A stretch of 64,000 bases of DNA, taken from Pelagomonas calceolata. Taxonomy: Eukaryota. The notes beneath the pieces were generated by a model. The model did no database searches, had not been told where the DNA came from, and was given only the letters and a program-made list of their open reading frames with translations. Positions 19,497 to 30,438 of the stretch are shown in pieces. How positions within the stretch are numbered: position 1 is the first letter of the stretch; the number at the start of each line of letters is the position of its first letter. The stretch covers positions 2,790,001 through 2,854,000 of the forward strand of contig CAKKNE010000005.1 of NCBI GenBank assembly GCA_918797485.1. Direction: 5' to 3'. Position numbers and translations under genes: made by a program.

Positions 19497-22400
19497 ATGA
19501 CGGACCACGTCTTCGCCCTCGGCACCGCCACCACCACACCCATCACACTCAATGATGATGAGGAGGTCCTCGCGGCCACTGCCGACACGAACGACGAGTT
19601 AGTACTGGTGACGTCTAGAAGAGTCATTGTCATCGCAGACGACGCGCAGCTCAGTTGTGATTTTGCGGACAGAGCGACGGGCGAAGGGCCACCGAGAGCC
19701 TGCGTCGCCAGAAAAGGCGAAAGGATCGCGGCGTTACTGTGGCGAGGTGATGAGGAAGGGACGAAGCCCGAGGCGGCCTTTTTTGAAGTGCAAGAAAGAT
19801 TACTGAGACGAACGGCGTCGGGCCGCAAAACGTCGGGACGGGTCCCCCGTTGGTTATTGGCGGCGAAAGGTGCCAAGGGCCACCTCTCCGCGATCACGCG
19901 CTGCGGCGCGTTAGTGCAATTATCCTGGCGCGGCAAATCCGGGGAGAAGGCGAAAGACATGCGGGTCGTGCCCGCGGCGGTAGGCACGGACTTGCAAGTC
20001 TTTGACGCGCGGTCGTCCGACTCTGGCAGGGTCGCGGCGGTCGTGCGGCAACGCTCAGAAATGCATAGGAATGCCGGGGCCTTCGTGGCGCTGCTCGAGC
20101 CGGTACGTGCGTCCCGTGTCCTTCGATAATTCTTCACTAAGTCATTTCTTCTCGGTGATGACGCGGCCGTGCTGGCTCCGTCGAGCGGTTAGAAACCGGC
20201 ATCGGCACGCCATCGAGCAGGCGTCGCGTCGATGGCGTAGAGGTCGACGCGACGATTCAGCACGACCGGCTGATGAAATCTCACATGAATACCAACGCAG
20301 GACAAGAATCGACGAAGGCGCGTCTGCGAGATGACTTCGCTAAGTTTCGGCGAACCTCGAGGCTGCGACATCGAGCGGAGCGGGGAACGAGTCGTCGTCG
20401 CGTGGGAGCATGGTGTGACCGTCCACAATTTTGATGGAGGCGAGCCGTTACTCGCACGAGTTGTCGAGCGGTGTCACGTGCGGTGGGTGCCCCATGGCGA
20501 CGCCTTTGCACTAGCTTCACAGAACGAGTGGCACTTAGTATCAACGGCGAACGGTACGATCGCGCGCGGTTCCCTTGAGAAGATAAAAACTCTAGCCTGC
20601 GGCGCGACCCAAGTCTGGGTTTCTGGTGAAGATGGTGTCACGCGCATACCCCTCGCCTTTAACGATGGCAGAACGCCCATCCTGCGAGGGCGGGACCACG
20701 TCGTGTGTGTCAAGGGAAGTGACGCGTGGCCGCGCTGTTCGTTAGAGGCGTTAGGCTTGGCGCCGCCAGCGAGGTGTTGCGCCGTCTCTAGTAATAGAGT
20801 GGCGGTCGCCGGAAGTAGTAAGGGCGCCGCGATTGCGGATTTGACGAGTGGCGTCGTAACGGCGTGCTTCCCTAGTGATCACATCATGGATGTGATGTGG
20901 TGCTTTCCCCTTTTATTAGCTGTTACTTCCAAAAATCAGGTCCAATGCTTTTGCGACGGCGTCCACATGGCCGTCGACGGCGCTTCGCTGACAGACGTCG
21001 CGCGGTGCCTCTGCGCGCGTAAAGATGGCGACACGTATCATGTAGCGTATTCATCAACACAAGATACGGCCAAGGCCTTTATGTTAAGACCGGGCAAGGT
21101 CGTCCAGGGCGAGGACAAGTTTTTTGTTTGTGAGACGCTACCAGATGAGTTAGTAATAGGGCCTAGAGGACGGGCAGCTTGGGCCTCGGATCAATTGATT
21201 ATCTTGGATCACGGTATCGTGAGGACCAACGAGGGCATCATCGCGAGGGGTGTGGAAGCAATAGCCTCCGCGTCGAAAGGCGTGGTACTGTTCAGTGAGC
21301 AGCGGACGTGGGCCTGGTTCCCCGGTGATGTTTTTATGGAGGAAGAGGAGGTCCATGACGACGTCGAAGCGGTGGCTCTGGAAGACCTCGATCCGTTCCG
21401 GGCGCACTGCGGCTTCGCCGGCGACGCGCGCGTCGTGGTCCAGGCGCTCCGGCAGAATGACACATACGAGCCCATCGCCCACATGTCCTGCGCCGATTTG
21501 TTGGGCGCCGTCGTGCGAGCTTGTGTCTCAAGGTGCTCGGCGCGCTTCGCGGCTTCCGTACAACAAGCGGACGTCGGCATTGCCTTCGACCACTTCGCGG
21601 CGGCTGAAAATCCGTTGGTGGATGGAGATATAAGGGAGGCATCAATAGCGTTGGCTGAGGCGTCGGAGGAGGACGTGACGAACGCGCTGGCGAACCACGT
21701 CGCCGAGAGCGCCGCGCTCGCTTCACGTGGCGACGCCGAGGCGGCCTTCGCCTCTCGAGCGTTACTGTGGCTCGCTAGGCATGTCCTGAAGGAGGGCGGC
21801 TTACTGAGAGTGGCGTGCCGCGCCGCGCGGCCGCTCGAGCCGGACGAGCTCGAAGCATTATTCTTTCATGGGAGGGCCCTGGCGCCTTCATCCAGCGCTT
21901 TGGACGCCTACGCGCGCTTGGATGCGCCGCGCGGTCTTTTTACGAGATGCCTCCACCTCGGAGAGTTAAGTACCGCGGCAGAGTTGCTACCATTGGTGTC
22001 TGCTGGTTTATATGATGACGACGATGCCGTGAAAGCTAGAATGGAGATGCTCGGGGCGTCGCGCGAGTTATTATGGCGCACGCTCGGCGGTAGAGATGAT
22101 CATGCCCAATTGGAACCGGTCTGGCGCTTCGCCCGGCGGTGCGAAGGCTCGACGGGAGACAATTCCTACTCGAGAATCGACGTCACCTTCTGCGACTGGG
22201 ACGACGCGGACTGGGACGCTCGTACTGCGACGACGGACGAGGTGGCTTGTAGAGCTATAGCCCGCCATCTAGCTTGTGCTACACCTTCCTCAATAAGACG
22301 GGCGGCGGAGTGCTGCGTTTCATTACAAAACTGTGAAGAGGGCTGGCCCGACGCGATTGCAGTGAGACGTTGCGTCGTGAAATTTCGGTACCAGCAGGGG

Positions 22401-22745
22401 TCTGTTCTCAAACATGTGGTCGCGCATGCTTTGGATTCGCTGGTCGCGGCGTTCGGCGAAGAAGTTATTCTAGGACTCGTGTCGACGAAAGACGTGGAGC
22501 GGTTGCAGTCCCAGCGGAAGCTGTGCGAGGCGCTCCTCGCGTTCTGCCACGCGTATAAGATAGACGGCTTCCGCGCGGCGCTGTCGGTCGCCCTGGGCGT
22601 GCACGCCCAAGGCGTCGCGCCGAAGCTCGCGGCGGCGGTCTACAAGGCGTTCGAGCGGTCCGGGGCGGCGCCGGACGTCGTCAGCCGTGCGGAGCAGGGC
22701 TCCGTCTTCGCCGCACACGCGAACCAGCGCTCCTTCTGCGCCTAG
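19497..22745 (+). CDS. RIC1: RIC1-like protein (Rab6/Ypt6 GEF subunit); two exons 19497-20102 and 20301-22745
   Basis: A phase-0 GT-AG intron at 20103-20300 joins ORFs 19461..20129 and 20331..22745 in frame. Beta-propeller-like N-half. VACRAARPLE...LF...PRGLFTRCLHLGELSTAAELL...SRELL...WRFARR resembles the RIC1 domain. Confidence 0.65.
20103..20300 (+). mobile_element. 198-nt spliceosomal intron with Introner-like internal palindromes
   Basis: GTACGT donor, AACGCAG acceptor, in-frame stop inside. Inverted repeats ACGCCATCGA/TCGATGGCGT (20207-20238) and CGTCGCGTCGA/TCGACGCGACG. Shares its core motif with the introns at 29032 and 39549. Confidence 0.7.
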
Positions 22746-22825
22746 TTATATGTTAATATGTGATAGTAGTCTTGTTACCAACGGGGAAGGGAATCTTTTC
22801 TTGAAAGCGAGCGAGCGGGGACGGA

Positions 22826-25327
22826 TCACGCGGCGACGCGCGGCCGCCGTCGTCGTCCTGACGCGTCCTTCGCGTCGTCGGGCCGTCGTGGCACCTTGCG
22901 CTGGCTCGCCGAGAACGTCGCAGGATGCGGCTCAAACGAGGGCGACGCGGCGCCCAGCAAGTCGGCCATGATCCCTGACGACTTCGCTTGCGGCGACGCA
23001 TAACTTTCCCGTCTAGGAGAGTTCTTCTTGGCGTAGCTAGGTGATGCTCGTCCTGCATAGCTATTGCGAACAATGGTGCGAGCCCCGATGCCATCCTTCT
23101 TGAGCTGGCCGACGAGCTTGCGGATGACGCCGTTCCGCACACGGACCTGCTGCTCTAATTTCTTCAACGCAGCTTCGTGGACCTCCCGTTCATGGATCTG
23201 CGTCTCCGGTCGTTGCGTCCGAGCCTCAGCAATCTCGAGCTTTTCTAACTCAGCACCGACGATGCGCATCTCCGCGTCGAGCAGAGCGGAAGACGACAGC
23301 TCGTCCTTCGATATGAGTTCTGGTTGCCCTGGCGACACCGCATGTCTCAACGCCGCGTCCCGTATTCCATAAACGGCGGCTAAGGAACCGTCGACCGCTG
23401 GTAGTTTCCTTGCAGATTTATCTAAGCCTCTTTTAACAGCCCTTCGTAAACCCTCGCATTCCCGCGCGGCCCGCGCTTTCACGCGAGAAGCCGTCTTGAG
23501 CAATTGCTCTTTGTCCGGGCTTCTACCAGTAGGAGTCAGTTCCACCCCGGCCGGCGACGAATCCTTGGGCTCGGAGCCGTGCTTCTGTTTGAGTAAAACA
23601 TCGCTCAAAAAGGCCAGAGGGTCCCTTCTTAACAAATCGGCCGACTGGCCCTCGACGCCGACGGCCTCCGCATAAGCTCTGGCCGCCACCTCCATGGCCC
23701 GCCGCTCCTCGGGCTTGATCGGCGGGAAGCGCTGCCTATCGGGAGACCGATGCACAGTATCCTTGGGCGCAAAGAGCGTCGCGCCCTTGTTGACCTTCGT
23801 AGCTGTGAGCGACTCTACGGTCTTTCTCAGCTCGACGGCCAACCTAACTTGTCCCACTACTTCCTTCCGCGTTTTGTGTAACTGTTCGACCAAGCGCGCT
23901 CTTTCCGCTTCTTCGTCCACAACAGGAGGCTTCTCCACCGACTTCCGGGCTCGGAGTTTCGCCCGCATGTCGTGGGCCGAGTGCCGCCGCTTCTTCCGCT
24001 CCGAACCATCGTTAGACCTCGGCTGGGGATCCTCGTTCTCCTTGGTAGGCCTCGGCGGCGTCTTCGGTTTATTCACGCCCCATTGCGGCCGCTCCTCCAT
24101 CTCGCGATACCGTCTTCGTCTCCGAGGCGCCGGTCGCACGTGGTTGTTCTGCGGCACGCCCTCGGGGTGGACGGCCGCCGGCCTCAGTCTACGAGCGGGC
24201 TTCTCGACCTTGCGCAGGTTCTCCTTGACCGCGTTCTTGATCGCCCTGGCTCTATTGGCATATTTTAATGTGTTGAGCGTCTCCTCGAAAGATAAGGTTG
24301 TGGGCGAGCAGTGGGCGAGCATGAGCGTGCGACAGTTCCCGCCGAGCGAATCTTTCAACAATCGTGTAAGTTTGCTATCTCTGAAATTAACATAGGACTT
24401 GCCGCCCTTCTGTGCGCCTCTTCTTAACGCGTTGATGACGTTGCCGAGAGCTAATAAGCTCCGATTAATTCTAGCGCCCTCTTGGAGGCGCGCTCCCGAG
24501 TTCTTCGTTTCCGCGGCTCTTTCTGATCCTGCTAGATCGATCATCGACAGCTTTGAACTTCGTTTTATCTTCACTCTACGCCCTCTGTGTTGCGTTTCTG
24601 GTTTTTCCGAACTTTCGATAGCTAACTGCAAGACAGCATGAGACCGAGAAGATGTATCATTGGCCGACGTAGGTTCCTGGGTCCGTCGCTCGTTGCCCGC
24701 TCGCAGCAGAGCCATGACCGTCTCGACGTCGGATGCCGGCATTTCAGTAACCCCAGCAATGCACGGCCCCTTGATCGGGTCCTCTCTGAGATCCAATCCG
24801 CCCACACCGTTGTGGTTGCCGTATCGCCGTTCCTCATCGATGAGTAAATCATGAATTTCTTCATTGTACAACTCGACGAAGGACACAGTAACACGGGTAT
24901 GCTCCTTCTGCTCGTTGAACAACTTGGCCAGAGCCATCTGGATCACACCTCGGTCCCCGCGATGGCCGAGCATCGTATGTGTTTTACCACTACCAGTTTG
25001 GCCGTAGGCGAAGATCGTCACATTTTGACCATCTAATACAGGTCCAATTAAGGGCTCCACGGCCTCCTGGAACACCGTGTCGGTCGGCTGCGTCGGCCCA
25101 TAGACGTGGTCGAACTCGTAGCTCCTCTCTCGGATGTAGTCGACCCTCAAATAATCGATGTTCTGCTTCAGGCCAGGGAACTCCTTGTCCGGGTCCACTA
25201 CCGTGACGGACGGCTTGGCTGACTCTCTGTCGACTCGTACAACCGGCCGCGGGTCGCGATCATGAGGAAGGATGGGGCGCACGCGCACCGCCACTTTGAC
25301 ATTGAAGGGCTTGGCCTTCTCGCGCAT
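22826..25327 (-). CDS. Kinesin motor protein, kinesin-8 (KIF18/KIF19)-like
   Basis: VAVRVRP, YEFDHVY, FAYGQTGSGKTHTM, SSRSHAVLQ, LSMIDLAGSERA, INRSLLALGNVINAL, FRDSKLTRLLKDSLGGNCRT, ETLNTLKYANRA. Confidence 0.92.
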   Translation of the reverse strand: MREKAKPFNVKVAVRVRPILPHDRDPRPVVRVDRESAKPSVTVVDPDKEFPGLKQNIDYLRVDYIRERSYEFDHVYGPTQPTDTVFQEAVEPLIGPVLDGQNVTIFAYGQTGSGKTHTMLGHRGDRGVIQMALAKLFNEQKEHTRVTVSFVELYNEEIHDLLIDEERRYGNHNGVGGLDLREDPIKGPCIAGVTEMPASDVETVMALLRAGNERRTQEPTSANDTSSRSHAVLQLAIESSEKPETQHRGRRVKIKRSSKLSMIDLAGSERAAETKNSGARLQEGARINRSLLALGNVINALRRGAQKGGKSYVNFRDSKLTRLLKDSLGGNCRTLMLAHCSPTTLSFEETLNTLKYANRARAIKNAVKENLRKVEKPARRLRPAAVHPEGVPQNNHVRPAPRRRRRYREMEERPQWGVNKPKTPPRPTKENEDPQPRSNDGSERKKRRHSAHDMRAKLRARKSVEKPPVVDEEAERARLVEQLHKTRKEVVGQVRLAVELRKTVESLTATKVNKGATLFAPKDTVHRSPDRQRFPPIKPEERRAMEVAARAYAEAVGVEGQSADLLRRDPLAFLSDVLLKQKHGSEPKDSSPAGVELTPTGRSPDKEQLLKTASRVKARAARECEGLRRAVKRGLDKSARKLPAVDGSLAAVYGIRDAALRHAVSPGQPELISKDELSSSALLDAEMRIVGAELEKLEIAEARTQRPETQIHEREVHEAALKKLEQQVRVRNGVIRKLVGQLKKDGIGARTIVRNSYAGRASPSYAKKNSPRRESYASPQAKSSGIMADLLGAASPSFEPHPATFSASQRKVPRRPDDAKDASGRRRRPRVAA

Positions 25328-26068
25328 GGTCGCGCTTCAGTTTTTAGCCCGCTTATGGAACGCGCGGCGCGCAGCGCCGGCGGGCCTTCAGGGGCCTTGG
25401 CGTCCCCGGCGCCCTTCAAGCGCGCTCTGCGCGCGACAGGGGGCTGCCCTTGGAACGGTGAGCGCTGCGCGAGGCGCGCCGAGCGGTTTCGAGCCGCGCA
25501 CGCCTGCCTACGCGGCGCACTTTGCCAGGCTGAGCAAAAGTCGTTTTATTTGTAGGCTAGTAGCTCTAGCTTCGTAGGCCGTTGGAGCTCTCGTCGCGGC
25601 GGCCAGTCGCTCCTGGGGCCGGCGTGGTCCGTGGGAGGGGTGAGGTGGTACGGCTCGGCGCCTGCTCGGCGCGCGCGGAGGCGCAATGCGCCCCTCCTCG
25701 CGAAGTCGACAACGCCACGAGTAGCAGCGGCGGGGAGAGTCATGCGCGCGTTCGCTGACGCGTGGGGATCCAGCGCCTTCGTCGGCGCTCCAGCCACAGC
25801 GGCATCGTTATTTTGCAGGACGCCAGCACCTCGCGCGGCGCAGTAACGCCAGCCAAACTCTCGCGCCACACTCGCGCTTGTATATATACTCGGGTTCCCG
25901 AGCCATTTGCTCAGCGCGCCCGTTCCCTCGGAGCAACAGCGACGTTGCATTACCTTCGGCGCAGCGCTTGCTCGCCGCGCTACCGCACCGCGCCACCCAG
26001 TTAAGCCGCGCGCGACACCGCCGCGCCGTTTCCAGACGCCAGAGCGCTAAACGCGTCAATTAACCACC

Positions 26069-26695
26069 ATGGCCGCGATGCTCGGCAGCGACCTCAAGTC
26101 GAGGATGGCCCGCGAGGTCCGCCAGCTCGCCCAGACCCCGCCGGAAGGCGTCAAATACGTCGAGACCGACGCCGACGCCTTAACCGAGGTCCACGCGGAT
26201 CTCACGGGCCCCGAGGGCACGCCGTATTCCGGGGCCGTCTTCAGGCTCAAGCTCGTGATCGGCAGCGAGTTCCCCTCGGCACCGCCGCGAGGATTCTTCC
26301 TGACGAAAATCTTCCACCCGAACGTGGCGACGAACGGTGATATTTGTGTGAACACGCTTAAAAGAGATTGGAAGCCCGAGACGACGCTGTCTCACATCCT
26401 ACAGGTCATCCGGTGTCTGTTGATCGTGCCCTTCCCGGAGTCGTCATTGAACGACGAGGCGGGCAAGCTCTTCATGACGAGCTATGAGCAGTACGCGCAG
26501 CGCGCGCGGCTGATGACTGATTTACATGCCCCTAAAGTACAACCGCCGGCGCGCGCCGCGACGCCGACCGCATTGGGAGACAACAACGGCGAGAGCCAAC
26601 CGGGCCCCGACGCCGCGGCTTTGGAGAAGCAGAAGCTCGAGGTGCTGAGGGCCAAGGCGAAGGCGAAGAAGAAGAAGGGCCTCAAGCGCCTCTGA
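26069..26695 (+). CDS. UBE2S: Ubiquitin-conjugating enzyme E2 S
   Basis: GPEGTPY, FLTKIFHPNVATNGDICVNTLKRDWKP, CLLIVPFPESSLNDEAGKL and the basic KKKGLKRL C-terminus characteristic of UBE2S. Confidence 0.92.
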   Translation: MAAMLGSDLKSRMAREVRQLAQTPPEGVKYVETDADALTEVHADLTGPEGTPYSGAVFRLKLVIGSEFPSAPPRGFFLTKIFHPNVATNGDICVNTLKRDWKPETTLSHILQVIRCLLIVPFPESSLNDEAGKLFMTSYEQYAQRARLMTDLHAPKVQPPARAATPTALGDNNGESQPGPDAAALEKQKLEVLRAKAKAKKKKGLKRL

Positions 26696-27091
26696 GCTTG
26701 CCCCCCTCTTTTTTGAGGTGCCGCGGCAAAAAGTACTACGACTTAAGAACTATGTATCTAGCTCGTCTGCGCGATGGCGTGCTGTTGCCGTCCCGCGCGG
26801 CCGTCGCGGTCGCCGACAACTCCGCTCCCGCGCCGGGCCGCGGGGCCGAGGCCGCCTTTGCGACCTCTTTCGCGACGTTTCAAGAGAGATCGCGGGCAGC
26901 TAGCTAGCGTGCTCGAGCTCTAGCTCTGCCAGGTGTGAGTGCTGAGCTGAGTGTGGCACAGGCAGAGTTAGACCCACCGCTGCAGCGCACAACACACGCA
27001 CGTGTGCGCCGAATAGCGGAGAGAAGCCACAGCAGCTATCTCTCTGCCCGCACGCCGCCGCAGCGACTAAGACGCTACGGAGAGCATCACA

Positions 27092-28111
27092 ATGGGCATG
27101 CTAACACAGTTCATCACGAGCACCCAGTTCTACCTGTTCGGCCGCAGCCGCTTCACGCAGACGGGCTGGCAAAAAGCAGCGAAGAAGTACGTCCAAGGCG
27201 AGCTCGAGGAGTGTAAGCTGCAGGGGAAATGCTACGCCGTCACGGGCGCCAATTCGGGCATCGGCCGCGAGACGGCCGGTTTTTTAGCGAGCCGGGGGGC
27301 GCGCGTGCTGATGTTGTGCCGCAGTAAAGAAAGGGCGGAAAAAGCCAAGAACGAGATGAAGCCCGACAACGGCGGCTCGCTGGAGGTTATTGTTGCTGAT
27401 GTGTCTCTGGTGTCGTCCGTGAAGGCCGCCGCGGAGCAAGTGAGAGCAACGACGTCAAAGTTGGACGGCTTGGTTTGTTGCGCTGGTGTCCTACTGAATG
27501 AGAAGACGATGACGAGCGAGGGCGTCGAGGCGACCTTCGCGTCGCACCTGGCCTTCGGCAGCTGTTTACTCACCAAGGAGCTGCTGCCATTACTACGGGC
27601 GACCCCCGGCTCGCGTGTAGTCTACACGTCCAGCGGAGGGATGTACAACAGCAAGTTCCCCGGCGTCGACAATTGTGTAGACCCGCAAAAGTACGACGGC
27701 CAGTTCGCCTACGTCTACGCGAAACGCGGCCAGGTACTCTTAGCGGAAAGATTGGCCGCCCAAGAGCCGCGCGTGGCCTTCGTCTCGTCGCATCCGGGCT
27801 GGACGCGCACGGCGGCCGTCGAGGCGGCCTACGGCTCTTCCGCCAAATATTTGGAGCCGATGCGCACGGCGTGGCAGGGCGCCGAGGGCCAGTGCTGGCT
27901 CTGTATTGTTGATCGAGATCGTTTGGAGAACGGGGGCTTCTATCTGGACCGGGCGCCGCAGCGCAAGCACCTCGCGGGGCCCTTCTTCACGGGCGGCTCC
28001 GCGACGAAGAATTCCTTGGAGGAGGCGGAGCAGATGGTCCGCGACCTGGACGCGCTCGCGTTGAAAGCAGGCGGCGCGGCGCGGGCCGAGGGCGTGGTGC
28101 TCGAGAAGTAA
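27092..28111 (+). CDS. Short-chain dehydrogenase/reductase, DHRS12-like
   Basis: VTGANSGIG Rossmann motif, SSGGMY, YVYAKRGQ (YxxxK), HPGW, FYLDRAPQRKH. Confidence 0.88.
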   Translation: MGMLTQFITSTQFYLFGRSRFTQTGWQKAAKKYVQGELEECKLQGKCYAVTGANSGIGRETAGFLASRGARVLMLCRSKERAEKAKNEMKPDNGGSLEVIVADVSLVSSVKAAAEQVRATTSKLDGLVCCAGVLLNEKTMTSEGVEATFASHLAFGSCLLTKELLPLLRATPGSRVVYTSSGGMYNSKFPGVDNCVDPQKYDGQFAYVYAKRGQVLLAERLAAQEPRVAFVSSHPGWTRTAAVEAAYGSSAKYLEPMRTAWQGAEGQCWLCIVDRDRLENGGFYLDRAPQRKHLAGPFFTGGSATKNSLEEAEQMVRDLDALALKAGGAARAEGVVLEK

Positions 28112-28312
28112 GCATGTTGTAAGTGACCCATTGCCGTCCGCGGTGGCCCTTCGAATTCCCCGACTTGGCTCCGCCATCGGCCCTCAGAGCGGTAAGTGAC
28201 ACTCAAATAGAGTGCAAGACCCTGCGCGGCGGCCGTGCTCCCCGCGCGGGTATTGAGAGCTCAAGACACAGAAGCAAATCTGCCGTCAGGTGAGCCAAGG
28301 GCTGCCCCGACC

Positions 28313-29316
28313 ATGTTCCGCGGCCTCTCGACCTTAGCGCGCCTGACGCCGGCGGCGCTGGCTGCCCCGGCCGTGGCGCTCTGCGACGAGAAGTCCGCGC
28401 GCGGCGCCCTGGCGGACCTCATCGACAAGTCCGAGGCGAGGCGCGGCGACGGCACGTCCCTCGGCCCGACGATGGTGCGCCTCGCCTGGCACAGCGCGGG
28501 CACTTTCTGCGCCAAATCGGGAACGGGCGGCAGCGACGGCGGCCGCATGAAGTACTGCCCCGAGAGCGCGTGGGGCGCGAACGCGGGCCTCGCCGACGTC
28601 CGCGCGGTCGTCGAGAAGGTCGCCCAGGACCACGGCCTCTCGCGCGCGGACGCGTACACTCTGGCAGGCGTGGTCGCGGTGGCGCACATGGGCGGCCCGG
28701 AAGTGCCGTGGGCCGCGGGCCGCTCCGACGCGGCCGACGGCTCGACGAGCCCTCCTGATGGCCGCCTTCCCGACGCGGACAAGGGCTCGCTCGGCGGCAC
28801 GGTAGCGCACCTCCGCGCGATCTTCTACCGCATGGGGTTTGACGACCGCGACATCGTCGCGCTGTCCGGCGCGCACGCGCTCGGTCGGTGCCACGAGGAG
28901 GCTTCAGGTTATTGGGGTCCCTGGACCTTCGCTGAGACGACGTTCTCGAACGAGTACTTCCGCCTTTTGCTGGCGGAGACCTGGACGCTCAAGACGACTC
29001 ACAACGGCCGCAAGTGGAAGGGGCCCGACCAGTGCGTGGCCGCGTGGCGATCGAACTCCAGGCGCCCACGCCATTGACGCGTCGTCCACGCAGGTTCGAG
29101 GACTCGTCGGGCAAGCTCATGATGCTTCCGAGTGACGTGGCACTCCTGTGGGACAAGACCTTCCGCGCCTACGTCATCCTCTACTCCAAGGACGAGGAGC
29201 AGTTCTTCAAGGACTTCTCGCGCGCCTTCGGAAAGCTCTTAGCGCTCGGCACGAAGCAGAACGCTGGCGGCGGCGGTGGACCGCTCGACGGGCTCCGCAA
29301 GCTCTTCGGCCTCTGA
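28313..29316 (+). CDS. Class I heme peroxidase (mitochondrial cytochrome c peroxidase-like); exons 28313-29031 and 29094-29316
   Basis: [44 protein letters not shown]. Removing the GT-AG intron 29032-29093 restores [19 protein letters not shown]. Presequence-like N-terminus [11 protein letters not shown]. Confidence 0.9.
29032..29093 (+). mobile_element. 62-nt intron, degenerate Introner-family copy
   Basis: GTGCGT...CACGCAG. Internal AACTCCAGGCGCCCACGCCATTGACGCGTCGTCC aligns with AACTCCAGGTGCCCCACGCCATCGACGCGACGTCGTCC on the minus strand of the 39549-39636 element. Confidence 0.7.
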
Positions 29317-29506
29317 GTAGTTCATCTGGGACCCGCACCCCTAGTAGTAACACGAGCGGCTTGTTCGACCCTCACGAGAGCGCTGTCCCGTCAGAAGCCG
29401 CGCGGATCAATTACTAGTGTCTTACAGAGCCGCTAGGTCGAAAAACTAACGCGTGCGCGTGGCCTCCTCTGGCGGTAAGCACATTGATTCGCGGTCGCAA
29501 CCATCA

Positions 29507-30423
29507 ATGGCAGCGCGCATGACACCCAACGCGAGCGCTGCAGCGCGCGCGACACCCATCGCGAGCGATGTGAGGTCAGTCACGATGCGAGACCTAGAAG
29601 GAGATTTGAGCATCCTGCAGCACGTCGCGAGTTCCTGCCCATCGAGCAGTTGTACAAGGAAAAGTCTCACACCGTGAAAGCGATATCACGCGCCTGGAAG
29701 ACCGCGGCGCGACGCGCGCTCACCCGCGGGCGCTGGAAACCGCTGCGCACCCTCGAGGACCGCGGCAAGCGCGAGCAGTGGTTGACAGACTGGGGGCCTG
29801 ATCTAGGTGAGACCTTCCGTCTGAATGACCCCGCGGCGCATAGCGCATTCGACCGGGACGCTCGGGAAGCGTGGGCGCTCTATCCGGGAGAAGTGTTGCT
29901 ATTGCTCATCAGTTGGAACGCCCTGGTCTCCAACAATTATCTCGCGTTAGTTGTTGAACCAACAAAGCAGGGCTTTGGTTCGATCGTTGCCGCGTTTGAA
30001 AAAATGTTGCAACTTCGGTGGAGTCGAACTAGCACTTCAGGCAATGTAGGGGCTGTTTTATATCTGCTAGTCGATTGGATTCGCCGGGCAATGCCGGGCT
30101 CCTTGCCCAATGGCACCACGTTGTTGATTCCGGGGGGAACACTTGCGAACCCGGAGTGGCTGGGCGACGCGCTCGGCCACTGGACGGACCCGGCCTTGGC
30201 GGTAAAAGTCGTCGATGTACTGATTGAGGATTACGTCGATGACTGGCACCCTCGGTACGACGACCTCGCGCGCAGCATGTCCGTGAACTGGGCGGACAGC
30301 GGGAAGCGGGCCCGCTTCGTGGCTCCGTTCGTGGAACGCCAGGCTCAAGAGGACGCAGACATCGCGACGGCGGACGCGGAGGCTCCGCACATCGTGGACG
30401 ACGGGATGTACAATCACTTGTAA
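29507..30423 (+). pseudogene. F-box-like protein gene with a single-base frameshift at ~29628 (pseudogene or sequence error)
   Basis: The frame from ATG 29507 reads ...DLSILQHVA; the -1 frame continues EFLPIEQLYKEKSHTVKAISRAWK to the stop at 30423. Restoring one G (GCG GAG TTC) gives a continuous F-box-like motif. Confidence 0.55.
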
Positions 30424-30438
30424 GCATCTTACTAGACA

